Below, in pieces: positions 44,145-53,670 of a stretch of DNA of 64,000 bases. Location: NCBI GenBank assembly GCA_963732155.1, contig CAVSYB010000006.1, forward strand, positions 400,296 to 464,295. Reading direction: 5' to 3'. The position numbers and the translations under genes were made by a program. The stretch's first letter is position 1, and each line of letters starts with the position of its first letter. The notes under the pieces are model-generated. The model was not told where the DNA came from and did no database searches. It was given only the letters and a program-made list of their open reading frames with translations. Source of the stretch: an uncultured Alphaproteobacteria bacterium. GTDB lineage: Bacteria > Pseudomonadota > Alphaproteobacteria > Rhizobiales > Beijerinckiaceae.

Positions 44145-45206
44145 ATGGCGCGCAAGCTGCGCATTGGCTTTGTCGGCCTTGGCCGCGTCTTCGATCTCAA
44201 TGTGCGCGGCTATCTCCATCATCCCGAGGCGGAGATCGCCGCGTTATGCGAGCGCGACCCCGCGCTGCTCGCCCGCCGCGCCGCCGAGCATCCGGACGCC
44301 CTGGCGACCGCGGACTTCGAGGCGTTCCTGCGCGCCGGTCTCGACGTGATCGAGATCCTCACGCCGCATCCGCTGCACGAGGCGATGACGGTCGCCGCGC
44401 TGGCGGCCGGCGCGCATGTCAGCGTGCAAAAGCCGATGGCGATGACGCTGGCCGAATGCGACCGCATGATCGCCGCCGCCGACGCCAGCGGCCGGCGCCT
44501 GAAAGTGTTCGAGAACTTCATTTTCTATCCGCCGCTGGTGCGCGCCCGCGAGTTGCTGCGCGAGGGGGCGATCGGCAAGCCGCTGCATTTTCGCATGAAG
44601 GTGGTGATGGCCGACCGGGCGCAGGCGTGGCCGGTGCCGGAGGCGGCGAGCCGCTGGCGCCATGCGCTGGCCGCCGAGGGGCGCGGCGGCCCGATCGTGT
44701 TCGACCACGGCCATCATATGATGGCGGTGGCGCTGTGGCTGTTCGGCGACGTGCGCGACGGCTTCGCCTGCATCGAGCGCACGGAAACCGACGCCGGCGT
44801 CTACGACGCGCCGGCGACGCTGACCTGGCGCCACGCCGACCCGCCGGTGCACGGGGTCTGGGACGTGTCGCTGGCGCTGAAGATGACTTTGCGCACCGAC
44901 TATTACGCCGACGCCGAGCGCTTCGAAATCCAGGGCGAGGAGGGCATCATCGAGGTGACGCGCTGCTCCGACCGGATGCTCGACGAGCCGGCGCTGACGC
45001 TCTACCGCGACGGCGAAGTGCGCGCCTTCCACAATCTGATGACCGACTGGGGCGGCAGTTTCGCGCAATCGACGCGCCATTTCCTCGGCGTGCTCTTCGG
45101 CCGCGAGCCCCAGGAGGCGCTGACCGCGCGCGAGGGCCGGCGGGTGATCGCGCTCTACGACCTGTTCCAGCGCGCCAACGCCGAGCGCCGCGCGGTGACG
45201 GGATAG
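44145..45206 (+). CDS. Gfo/Idh/MocA family oxidoreductase
   Basis: LRIGFVGLGRV... N-terminal Rossmann fold, EILTPHPLH, VSVQKPMA. Confidence 0.85.
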   Translation: MARKLRIGFVGLGRVFDLNVRGYLHHPEAEIAALCERDPALLARRAAEHPDALATADFEAFLRAGLDVIEILTPHPLHEAMTVAALAAGAHVSVQKPMAMTLAECDRMIAAADASGRRLKVFENFIFYPPLVRARELLREGAIGKPLHFRMKVVMADRAQAWPVPEAASRWRHALAAEGRGGPIVFDHGHHMMAVALWLFGDVRDGFACIERTETDAGVYDAPATLTWRHADPPVHGVWDVSLALKMTLRTDYYADAERFEIQGEEGIIEVTRCSDRMLDEPALTLYRDGEVRAFHNLMTDWGGSFAQSTRHFLGVLFGREPQEALTAREGRRVIALYDLFQRANAERRAVTG

Positions 45207-45222
45207 CGCGCCGGCCGGCGCG

Positions 45223-47007
45223 TCAGTTTATCGTCACGCCGCCCTTGCGGAGGCCCTCGACGCGGCGCTCGAAATCCTCCGGCTTGCGGAACGGCAGGAC
45301 GCGGCGGCGGCGCTCCATCGAGAAGCCGGGATTGATCCGCAGGGTCTGCGCCCACGCCGCCCGGCACTCCGCGGATCGTCCGAGCTGGCCGTAGCACGAG
45401 GCCAGCAGCGCATAGGCGGTCTCCGATTGCGCATTGCGCGCCAGCCGCTGCTCGAGCGCGGCGATCGCCGGCTCGTATTGCCCCAGCGCGAAGCGCGCAT
45501 CGGCGACCAGTTGCAGCGCGATGTCGGGATAATGCGGATCGCGCTTCATGTAGAGTTCGATGTTTTCGATCGCGGCGGCGGGATCGCCGGAGAATATCTG
45601 GAGCTGGGCGGTCAGGCGCAGGCTGTCGGCCGAATTGGGCGAGAGCTCGAGGCACCGTTGCGCCTCGGCCTGCGCGCGGTCGAGATCCTTGGTCCACATG
45701 TAGGCGGCGCAGAGCGCGAAATGGCCGGCGGGGTCCGTCTCATCCATCCGCACCACCCGCTGCGCGAGCTCGAAGCCGGTCCGCAACGATTGTTCGGGAT
45801 CGCTGGAAAAGCCGTTGGCGTAGTCGATCAGATGAGTGGCCGCGATGAGCGCATGGGCCGCCGGATAGTTCGGCTCGATCGCAATGGCGCGCTCGAGCAG
45901 GCCGCGCGCGGCGATGCCGCCGGTTCGCGTCGCCGTCCACGCCTGCTCGCGGCCGCGCAGGAACAGCTCGAACGCTTCGACCTTGACCTCGCGCTTCTGG
46001 TTCAGCCGGTCCTGCTCGCCCAGCGTCAGCTTCAATTTCAGGGCGGCGACGATCTCCTTGGTGAGTTCGTCCTGAATCGTGAAAATATCGGTGAGCTCGC
46101 GATCGAACCGGCTCGCCCAGACATGGCCGTCGGTGGTCGAATCGATCAATTGCGCGGTGACCCGCACCCGGTTGCCGGCCTTGCGCACGCTGCCCTCGAG
46201 CACGTAGCGAACGCCGAGCGCCTTGGCGACGTCAGCCACCGAAACCGCCGCCTTCTTGTAGAGGAACGACGAATTGCGCGCGACGACGTGCAGTTCGGAC
46301 AGCGTCGACAGATCGGTGATGATGTCCTCGCTGATCCCGTCGGAGAAATACTCCTGTTCGGCGTCGCCGCTGAGATTGTTGAACGCCAGCACGGCGATGG
46401 AAGGCTTGCGGGGAGCGGGCGGCGGCGAGGCGGCCTCCGACGCGGCGGCCTTGGCCGGCGTCGCGGGCTTTTGCTGCGCGGGCGCGCCGACTTCGAGCGA
46501 ATAGACGCGGATCGGCTCGATGATGTTCTTGAGCTGGGTTGCGCCGAGATCGCTGACCGCCAGATCGAGCCGCGCGCGCACCTGGCGATAGGCGTCCTCG
46601 GACAGACAGACCGCGCCGGGCCGGGCGATTCCTTCGAGCCGCGCCGCGATGTTGACGCCGTCGCCCATCAGATCGCCGTCGCTCTCCTCGACCACGTCGC
46701 CGAGGTGCACGCCGATGCGGAACACGATGCGCCGCTCGGGCGGCAGGCCGGCGTTGCGCTCGACCATGCTGTTCTGCAATTCGATCGCGCAGCGCACCGC
46801 GTCGACCACGCTGCGGAACTCGACGAGAAATCCGTCGCCCATGCGTTTGACCACCCGCCCGTGGTGCACGTCGATGGTCGGATCGATCAGATCGCTGCGC
46901 AGCGCGCGCAGCCGCGCCAGCGTGCGATCCTCGTCGGCGCCGGCGAGCCGGCTGAATCCGACCACGTCCGCCGCCAGGATCGCCGCCAGTTTCCGCGTCT
47001 CGGTCAT
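45223..47007 (-). CDS. Class III adenylate/guanylate cyclase fused to TolB-N-like and TPR domains
   Basis: AAILAADVVGFSRL...VKRMGDGFLVEF...IGVHLGDVV...GDGVNIAARLE, then IAVLAFNNLSGD... and C-terminal TPR repeats. Confidence 0.85.
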   Translation of the reverse strand: MTETRKLAAILAADVVGFSRLAGADEDRTLARLRALRSDLIDPTIDVHHGRVVKRMGDGFLVEFRSVVDAVRCAIELQNSMVERNAGLPPERRIVFRIGVHLGDVVEESDGDLMGDGVNIAARLEGIARPGAVCLSEDAYRQVRARLDLAVSDLGATQLKNIIEPIRVYSLEVGAPAQQKPATPAKAAASEAASPPPAPRKPSIAVLAFNNLSGDAEQEYFSDGISEDIITDLSTLSELHVVARNSSFLYKKAAVSVADVAKALGVRYVLEGSVRKAGNRVRVTAQLIDSTTDGHVWASRFDRELTDIFTIQDELTKEIVAALKLKLTLGEQDRLNQKREVKVEAFELFLRGREQAWTATRTGGIAARGLLERAIAIEPNYPAAHALIAATHLIDYANGFSSDPEQSLRTGFELAQRVVRMDETDPAGHFALCAAYMWTKDLDRAQAEAQRCLELSPNSADSLRLTAQLQIFSGDPAAAIENIELYMKRDPHYPDIALQLVADARFALGQYEPAIAALEQRLARNAQSETAYALLASCYGQLGRSAECRAAWAQTLRINPGFSMERRRRVLPFRKPEDFERRVEGLRKGGVTIN

Positions 47008-47134
47008 CGTCTCGGTCTCCTGCGGTCCAGACTAGCACGAAGGGCGCCGCGCATGGCCCCCTTGGTCATCGCCGCCGCGAGGCGACGGATGCGGGGACGC
47101 CGACGCTTGGGCGGGCCGTTCCCGGCGCAAGATA

Positions 47135-48661
47135 TCACGGGCCAGGCTCGCCCCCGCTCCGCCGGCGCGGCTTCGGCGTCAGCGTCCGCGCCACGGCGTC
47201 GCGCCAGGCCGCGCATTTGGCCTCACGCTCGCTCTCGCTCATTTCAGGAGCAAAACGCCTCTCGAGCCGCCATTGCGCGGAAAATTGCGCCGGTTGCGGA
47301 TAGAGCCCGACGCCGAGGCCCGCGAGATAGGCGGCCCCCAGCGCGGTCGTCTCCAACACCGCGGGCCGATCGACCGGCGCCGCGATGATGTCGGCGAGGC
47401 GCTGCATCGTATAGTCGGAGGCCGCCATGCCGCCGTCGACGCGCAGCACGGTCGCGCCGTCGAACGCCCAGTCGCCGCGCATCGCCTCCAGGAGGTCGCG
47501 CGTCTGGAAACACACGCTTTCCAGCGCCGCCCGGGCGATTTCGTTCGCCGTCGAGCCGCGCGTCAGATTGTAGATCGCGCCGCGGCATTGGCTGTCCCAA
47601 TAAGGCGCCCCGAGGCCGACGAAGGCGGGCACGAACACGACGTTTTCGGCGGGGTCCGCCGCCGCCGCGCGCTCGCCGGACTGCTCGGCGCGGGCGATGA
47701 TCTTCAGGCCGTCGCGCAGCCATTGCACCGCCGCGCCGGCGACGAAAATCGAGCCTTCCAGCGCGTAAGTCCGCTTTCCCGCCAGCTGGTAGGCGACGGT
47801 CGTCAACAATCGGCGCTGCGAGCGCACCGCGTGAGCGCCGGTGTTGAGCAACGCAAAGCAACCCGTGCCGTAGGTCGCCTTCATCATGCCGGGCTCGAAA
47901 CAGGCCTGGCCGACGCTCGCCGCCTGTTGATCGCCGGCGACGCCGCGAATGGGAATCTCGCGGCCGAACAATTCGCGCATGGTCGCGCCGAAATCGGCCG
48001 CGCAATCCTTCACCGCCGGGGCCATCGCCGGCGGCACGCCAAACAGGCCGAGCAAGTCGTCGTCGAAGCGTCCCTTGTGAATGTCGAACAGGCAGGTGCG
48101 CGAAGCGTTGGTCGCGTCGGTGGCGTGGACGCGCCCGCCGGTGAGGCGCCAGATCAGCCAGGAATCGACGGTGCCGAAAACCAGCTCGCCGCCCGCCGCC
48201 CTCTCCCGCGCGCCCGCGACGTGATCGAGAATCCAGGCGATTTTCGTCGCCGAAAAATAGGGATCGAGCCGCAGCCCGGCGCGCCGCCGCACCAGGCTTT
48301 CGGCGCCGCTGGCGGCGAGCGCCTCGCAGACGGCGGCGGTGCGCCGGTCCTGCCAGACGATCGCCGGATGGATCGGCGCGCCGCTCGCCCGCTCCCAGAC
48401 CAGCGTCGTCTCGCGCTGATTGGCGATGCCGATGGCGGCGATGTCCGCGACGTCGACGCCGGCCCGCGCGATCGCCGCGCGGCAGGTCGCGACGACGCTC
48501 GACCAGATTTCTTCGGGGTCGTGCTCGACATGGCCGGGCGCCGGATAATGCTGCGCGATCTCCTGTTGCGCGCTCGCCACGGCCAGAAGGCGCGAATCGA
48601 ACAGGATGGCGCGCGTCGAGGTGGTGCCCTGATCGATCGCCAGCACGTATTTCTCAGCCAT
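47135..48661 (-). CDS. glpK: Glycerol kinase
   Basis: ATG at 48661: [21 protein letters not shown]...[10 protein letters not shown]...GDQQAA...TYGTGCF. The upstream 228 codons of the track ORF are read-through and are rejected. Confidence 0.95.
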   Translation of the reverse strand: MAEKYVLAIDQGTTSTRAILFDSRLLAVASAQQEIAQHYPAPGHVEHDPEEIWSSVVATCRAAIARAGVDVADIAAIGIANQRETTLVWERASGAPIHPAIVWQDRRTAAVCEALAASGAESLVRRRAGLRLDPYFSATKIAWILDHVAGARERAAGGELVFGTVDSWLIWRLTGGRVHATDATNASRTCLFDIHKGRFDDDLLGLFGVPPAMAPAVKDCAADFGATMRELFGREIPIRGVAGDQQAASVGQACFEPGMMKATYGTGCFALLNTGAHAVRSQRRLLTTVAYQLAGKRTYALEGSIFVAGAAVQWLRDGLKIIARAEQSGERAAAADPAENVVFVPAFVGLGAPYWDSQCRGAIYNLTRGSTANEIARAALESVCFQTRDLLEAMRGDWAFDGATVLRVDGGMAASDYTMQRLADIIAAPVDRPAVLETTALGAAYLAGLGVGLYPQPAQFSAQWRLERRFAPEMSESEREAKCAAWRDAVARTLTPKPRRRSGGEPGP

Positions 48662-48696
48662 CGCCCCCTCGCCCTCGTCGCGCATCCCGCGCCCGG

Positions 48697-49162
48697 TCAT
48701 CGATCCTGGCAGACGTCGACCCATTGCGCACCGACGAGTTCGGCGAGACGATCCGCGTCGATGCGCACGGCCGCGTTGATCGCGCCGGCGGCCGGCACGA
48801 CCTCGCCCAGATCGCGCAGCGAGGCGTCGCAATAGATCGCCAGCGGCGTCGCGAGGCCGAACGGACAGACGCCGCCGACGGGGTGGCCGGTGAGATCGGC
48901 CACCTCTTCGGCGCCCAGCAAGCGCGGCTTGGCGCCGAAGGCGGCCTTGATCTTCTTGTTGTCGAGCCGCGCGTCGCCCGCCACGACGATCAGCACGACC
49001 CGCTCGCCGACGCGCAGCAACAGCGTCTTGGCGATCTGGCGAGGCTCGACGCCATGCGCCGCCGCCGCCAGCGCCACCGTCGCGCTGCTCGCGTCGGTCT
49101 CGATGATGCGCAGATCGGGCGCCCTTTCGGCAAGGAAGGCGCGAACCGATTTCAGAACTCAT
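48697..49162 (-). pseudogene. YbaK/EbsC-type aminoacyl-tRNA deacylase domain protein with an apparent frameshift in the first 5 codons
   Basis: The conserved body [45 protein letters not shown]...[11 protein letters not shown] has no in-frame start after the TGA at about 49159-49161. ATG at 49162 (MSSE, with a GAGGG-like SD) is in the adjacent frame. The extra base is in the T run at 49150-49152. Confidence 0.6.
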
Positions 49163-49539
49163 GCGAAATGCGCCCTCTTCGACGTAGCGGATAAGATCAA
49201 ACGCACGATGCTTGGTTTGCAGGTCCGACGTCGGCGGGTCCGACCTGTGTCCCACCCGACCACCAGATAGCGAGCCGGTGGGCCGACCGCAAACGGTGGG
49301 GCGCCGAAGTTCAGTCAGAAGTCGCCGAGCGGCCGGAACGCGCATTCCGACCGATCCCGGTCAACGCGGCGTTTCTGGAATGCGGACGCCAAGCCGCCGA
49401 GGCGCTTTCGGCGACAATGGGCGTACACCTGACGTTAGGCTTTGAAGGGGCTACTTGAATGCAGATGTGATTGACGGGGCTGTCTTCAACAATTGCGGGA
49501 CCTGGAAGTCAGGTCTGCATTGACGTTTGTTCTGGCTCC

Positions 49540-49968
49540 ATGACCCTATCGCCCGCAACACCTTTCCAGTGGATTCCCGGCCGGGGCTACGATCCCGCCG
49601 CGTTGCGACGCCTGGAACAGGCTTCCCCGCGACCCGTCCGTCCGATGGGGGAAGCCTGGTTCAATACCGACAAGCGCCGCATGTACCCGGAACTGCTGGG
49701 CGACCTGGCCGCCGTCCCCGTGAGGGAGCTCGAATACATCCTGGCGCAGATAGCCAATGGAACGTCCAGCTTCGGCCCCTACGACGAGTGGAGCGATTGG
49801 TTCCACTATCTGCTTCCGCGCCTGCTTCCTCGCAGCCACGAGACTTATGTCGAGCCTTTGCTGGAGATTCTCATCACCGCCCTCTTCACCCAGTATCCGG
49901 CGGGGTTGGGGGATGCGCGCTATCCCGGCTTCCGCGAAGACGTGCTCGCCACCGTGGGTCAATGCTGA
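49540..49968 (+). CDS. Hypothetical protein, part 1 (Trp/Tyr-rich, helical)
   Basis: MTLSPATPFQWIPGRGYDPAALRRLEQ...WSDWFHYLLPRLLPRSHETYVEPLLEILITALF. No family recognised. The stop overlaps the next ATG (ATGCTGA). Confidence 0.45.
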   Translation: MTLSPATPFQWIPGRGYDPAALRRLEQASPRPVRPMGEAWFNTDKRRMYPELLGDLAAVPVRELEYILAQIANGTSSFGPYDEWSDWFHYLLPRLLPRSHETYVEPLLEILITALFTQYPAGLGDARYPGFREDVLATVGQC

Positions 49969-50516
49969 TGGACGCGGTCTGTTGGCCAGGCGGCGCCCTG
50001 GACGTCGAGATTTGTCTGAATCGCTCCTTCGCGTCTCGCGCGGGACTTTGGTTCTGGGACCAGGCCAGCGGCGCGCTGTCCGCCTCGATGTTCCTGTGCC
50101 TGAAATATCTTCTACCGCGGGAGGTGAAGCCCTGGCTGGAGTCGCTGCTCGCGATCGACGAGTCCCACTGGCGCGCGCAGGTGTTGATCTGGCTCCTGGG
50201 AGCAAATCGCATGCTGACGGGCGCGATTCGGCAACCCTCGCAATTCGCTCCGTCCGACTATCCCAGCATCGACTGGGCATGGTCGCACTGTCTCAAAGGG
50301 AATTATTCGGGCGACTACAGAGGCAACGTCGCTCAAGTGGATTTCATCCCGGATGCCAACCGGCGCGCGGCGATTGAGGCTGTCAAAGGACATTTCACCG
50401 AAGCCGTCTTTCTGGACTGGCTGCAATCCTTCACGACTGACCCATCCCTGGAAGCCGAGCTGGCGGATACCCCGTTCTGGTTCTTTGACTTGTACGGAGA
50501 CAAGTCAGGCGCTTGA
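49962..50516 (+). CDS. Hypothetical protein, part 2 (either a separate coupled ORF or the continuation of 49540 after a frameshift)
   Basis: MLMDAVCWPGGALDVEICLN...WRAQVLIWLLGANRML...FLDWLQSFTTDPSLEAELADTPFWFFDLYG. Composition matches part 1. Confidence 0.45.
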   Translation: MLMDAVCWPGGALDVEICLNRSFASRAGLWFWDQASGALSASMFLCLKYLLPREVKPWLESLLAIDESHWRAQVLIWLLGANRMLTGAIRQPSQFAPSDYPSIDWAWSHCLKGNYSGDYRGNVAQVDFIPDANRRAAIEAVKGHFTEAVFLDWLQSFTTDPSLEAELADTPFWFFDLYGDKSGA

Positions 50517-50730
50517 CGGGCGATATGAAAGTCGGCTGCGGCGGAGTCGTGTCGTCGGTCAACAATGTCTGCTCAGCGTCAGGGCTGCCACGACGCCATT
50601 CAGCACAAATGTCCGCTTCAATATTTCGCTTGCCCAAAGCCGCCAATCTGCTTCCGACCAACTCGCGTCCCCTTGTAGAGCTCGCCCGAGCGCCTGAGGT
50701 CGGTCGAAATCCCCACTCACCGAGCGCGGA

Positions 50731-53670
50731 TCAAGCGTCAGTTCTCGTCCCCACCACCGCCTGAAAAACCCGCCGCACCCTGCCGCGCGCCTCGGCGATC
50801 GCGTCGGCCAGCGCCTCGAAGTCGGGCAGTCCGGCGGCGGCGGCGATGCGGCGCTTGACGCCGCCGGCGGCGCGCGCGGGATCGAACGGCCCGTCGACGG
50901 AAAGGCGCATCAGCTGCGTCGCATCGGTGAACAGGCGATGCGCGCTGGCCAGGATTTCCGCCTGCCCCGGCGCCAGCAGGCCCTCCGCCGCGGAGCGGGC
51001 GATCACCGCGCGCGTCGATACGGCGCGAATGGCCGGGCGCTCGCGGGCGAAGGCCAGCACCAGGAATTGCGCGAGGAATTCGATGTCGAGCAGCCCGCCG
51101 GAGACCAGCTTCAGGTCCCAGGGATCGGCGTCGCCCTTCTCGCGCGCGATCAGCGCGCGCATGTCCGAAACGTCCCTGGCGAGCGCGGCGCGGTCGCGTC
51201 GCGCGCCCAGCGTCGCGCCGATCGCCGCGTCGATCTCGCCCGCCAGGCCGGGATCGCCGGCGATCACCCGGGCGCGGGTCAGCGCCATATGCTCCCAGGT
51301 TTCCGCCTCGTCGCGCTGATAGAGCACGAAGCCGGCGAACTGCGTGGCGACCGGACCCTTGCGCCCCGACGGGCGCAGCCGCAAATCGACCTCGTAGAGC
51401 CGCCCGGCCTTGGTCGGGGCGGTCAGCGCGGCGAGCAGGCGCTGCGTCAGGCGCGTGTAATATTGCGCCGCGCCCAGCCGGCGCGGACCTTCGGATTCGC
51501 CGCGCTCGGCGTCGAAATCATAGATCAGCATCAGGTCGAGGTCGGAGGCGGCGGTCATCTCGCGCGAGCCGAGCTTGCCGAGCGCCAGCACCGCGACGCG
51601 CCCGCCCGGCAGAGCGCCGCATTCCAGCGCGAAGGCCGCCATGACATGGTCGAGCAGCACGCTGGTCACGCCCTGCGCGAGCGCGCTGTAGGCCTGCCCG
51701 GCGCTGTCGGGATCGAGGACGCCGGACAGCAGCCGGACGCCGATGAGGAACATTTCCTCGGCGGCGAAATCGCGCGCGCGATCGAGCACGCCTTCGAAGG
51801 TCGGCGCATTGGCGACATAGGCGGCGACGCGGCGCGCCAGCGCCGGCTCGTCGAGCCCCTCGACGATGAGGCTCGCGCGCCCCGGATCGATCGCGCCGTC
51901 GAGCACGTGCGGTCGCGCGGCGATGACGTTGGCGAGGCGCGGCGCGCTGCCCAGCACGTCGGCGAACAGTTCGCGCAATTGCGCATTGGAGCGCAGGATC
52001 GAGAACAATTCGACCGCCGCCGTCATCCTCGCGAGCGCCGCGTCGAGCGCCGCCAGCGCCGCGTCCGGATCGCCCGAACCGGAAAAGGCGTCGAGAAGCG
52101 CGGGCGTCAGTTCGGTGAGCACCTCGCGCGCCCGCGGGCTCTGAATGGCGGCGCGGCGTCCGAAATGCCAGCCGCGTATCGTCTCGGCGGCCTGCTCCGG
52201 CCGATGAAAGCCGAGGCGCCGCAGCGTCTCCATCGTCTCGGGGTCGTCGACGACGCCGGTGAACACCAGACTGCCGGCGCTCGCGTCGAGACCGGGCGCA
52301 TGCTCGAACAGCCGCGCGTAATGCTTCTCGACGTCGCGCAGACGGCTGACCACGTCGGCCTCAAATTCGTCGAGGCCGTCATAGCCGCAGAAACCGGCGA
52401 AACGCGCCAGCTCGTCCGAATCGAACGGCAGGCGCTGCGTCTGCTCGTCGGCGACCATCTGCAGGCGGTGTTCGAGGCGCCGCAAGAACAGGTAGGCCTC
52501 GGTCAATTCCGACGCCGCCTGCGCGCTCACCCAGCCGTCGGCGTGCAATTCGGCGAGCATGTCGAGGGTGCGCGCGCCGCGCATGCGCGGGCGGCGGCCG
52601 CCGAAGATCAATTGCTGGGTCTGCACGAAGAATTCGATCTCGCGAATGCCGCCGCGCCCGAGCTTGATGTCATGGCCGGGGACCGTCACCTGCTCATGGC
52701 CGCGGACGGCGTGAATCTGCCGCTTCATCGCGTGAATGTCGGCGATCGCCGCATAATCGAAATATTTGCGCCAGATGAACGGCGCCAGCGTCTCCAGGAA
52801 GCGCTCGCCGATCGCCGCGTCGCCGGCGACCGGCCGCGCCTTGATCATCGCGGCGCGCTCCCAGTTCTGGCCGAGCGTTTCGTAATAGGCGTAGGCGCTG
52901 GGAATGGCGAGCGCGATCGGCGTGGCGCCCGGATCGGGCCGCAGCCTCAGATCGACGCGCAACACGTAGCCCTCGCTGGTGCGCTCTTGCAGCAGACGCG
53001 CCAAAGCCTTGGCGATGCGCACGAACAGCGGCCCCGGCGCGACGCCGGGCGGAATGGTCGCCGATTGCGGATCGAACAGCACGATGAGGTCGACGTCGCT
53101 CGAATAGTTGAGTTCCCGCGCGCCATGCTTGCCGAGCCCCAGCACGACGAGGCCGCAGCCCTGCTCCGGAGCGGGCGCGTCGGCGTCGATGGCGAGCCGG
53201 CCGGCCGCTGCGTTCTGGCGCAGCACAAAGCGCAGCGCACAGGCGACGGCGCCGTCGGCGAAGCGCGACAGCGCGTCGGTCACCTCGACGAAGTCCCACA
53301 GGCCGCCGATGTCGGCGAGCGCGACCAGCAGCGCCGCCTCGCGCTTGGCGAAGCGCAGGGCGCCCGCCAGCCGGGCTTCGTCTTCGTCCCGCCGCTCCGC
53401 CATCGTCGCGAGGAGCCGGTCCAGCGACCGGCGCGGCGGCGCGCCGAGCAGACGCGCCAGCCTCGACGGGTCCTCGGCGATCAGCCCCCACAGATACGGC
53501 GAATGATCGGCCAGCCCGAGCGCGAGATCGCGCAGCGGCGCGCGCGCCATATGTCCGGCGAGCGGCGCGGCCTCCGCCCGCGCCATCAGCCCGGCGAGGC
53601 GGCGCCGGGCGAACTCGGGGCTCGAAAGGCGCGGCGCCGTCTGGATCATATCGATCAGGGCGGCGCTCAT
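50731..53670 (-). CDS. glnE: Bifunctional glutamine synthetase adenylyltransferase/adenylyl-removing enzyme
   Basis: 979 aa with two nucleotidyltransferase modules (LGKHGARELNYSSDVDLIVLF and LGKLGSREMTAASDLDLMLIY). Confidence 0.95.
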   Translation of the reverse strand: MSAALIDMIQTAPRLSSPEFARRRLAGLMARAEAAPLAGHMARAPLRDLALGLADHSPYLWGLIAEDPSRLARLLGAPPRRSLDRLLATMAERRDEDEARLAGALRFAKREAALLVALADIGGLWDFVEVTDALSRFADGAVACALRFVLRQNAAAGRLAIDADAPAPEQGCGLVVLGLGKHGARELNYSSDVDLIVLFDPQSATIPPGVAPGPLFVRIAKALARLLQERTSEGYVLRVDLRLRPDPGATPIALAIPSAYAYYETLGQNWERAAMIKARPVAGDAAIGERFLETLAPFIWRKYFDYAAIADIHAMKRQIHAVRGHEQVTVPGHDIKLGRGGIREIEFFVQTQQLIFGGRRPRMRGARTLDMLAELHADGWVSAQAASELTEAYLFLRRLEHRLQMVADEQTQRLPFDSDELARFAGFCGYDGLDEFEADVVSRLRDVEKHYARLFEHAPGLDASAGSLVFTGVVDDPETMETLRRLGFHRPEQAAETIRGWHFGRRAAIQSPRAREVLTELTPALLDAFSGSGDPDAALAALDAALARMTAAVELFSILRSNAQLRELFADVLGSAPRLANVIAARPHVLDGAIDPGRASLIVEGLDEPALARRVAAYVANAPTFEGVLDRARDFAAEEMFLIGVRLLSGVLDPDSAGQAYSALAQGVTSVLLDHVMAAFALECGALPGGRVAVLALGKLGSREMTAASDLDLMLIYDFDAERGESEGPRRLGAAQYYTRLTQRLLAALTAPTKAGRLYEVDLRLRPSGRKGPVATQFAGFVLYQRDEAETWEHMALTRARVIAGDPGLAGEIDAAIGATLGARRDRAALARDVSDMRALIAREKGDADPWDLKLVSGGLLDIEFLAQFLVLAFARERPAIRAVSTRAVIARSAAEGLLAPGQAEILASAHRLFTDATQLMRLSVDGPFDPARAAGGVKRRIAAAAGLPDFEALADAIAEARGRVRRVFQAVVGTRTDA

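Noticed and set aside
43232-45394. 720-aa plus-strand ORF
   Set aside because: Out of frame with the SDR and Gfo/Idh/MocA genes on the same strand. The product is almost entirely R/A/G/P.
48662-49345. N-terminal 228 codons of the 736-aa glpK track ORF
   Set aside because: Read-through across the ybaK-like gene. GlpK homology starts at [15 protein letters not shown] (ATG at 48661).
49200-49440. Possible SRP/4.5S or other ncRNA upstream of the ybaK-like gene
   Set aside because: I could not match the conserved SRP motif (GGUCAGGUCCGGAAGGAAGCAGCC-type) or any riboswitch core. Only a generic hairpin is present.
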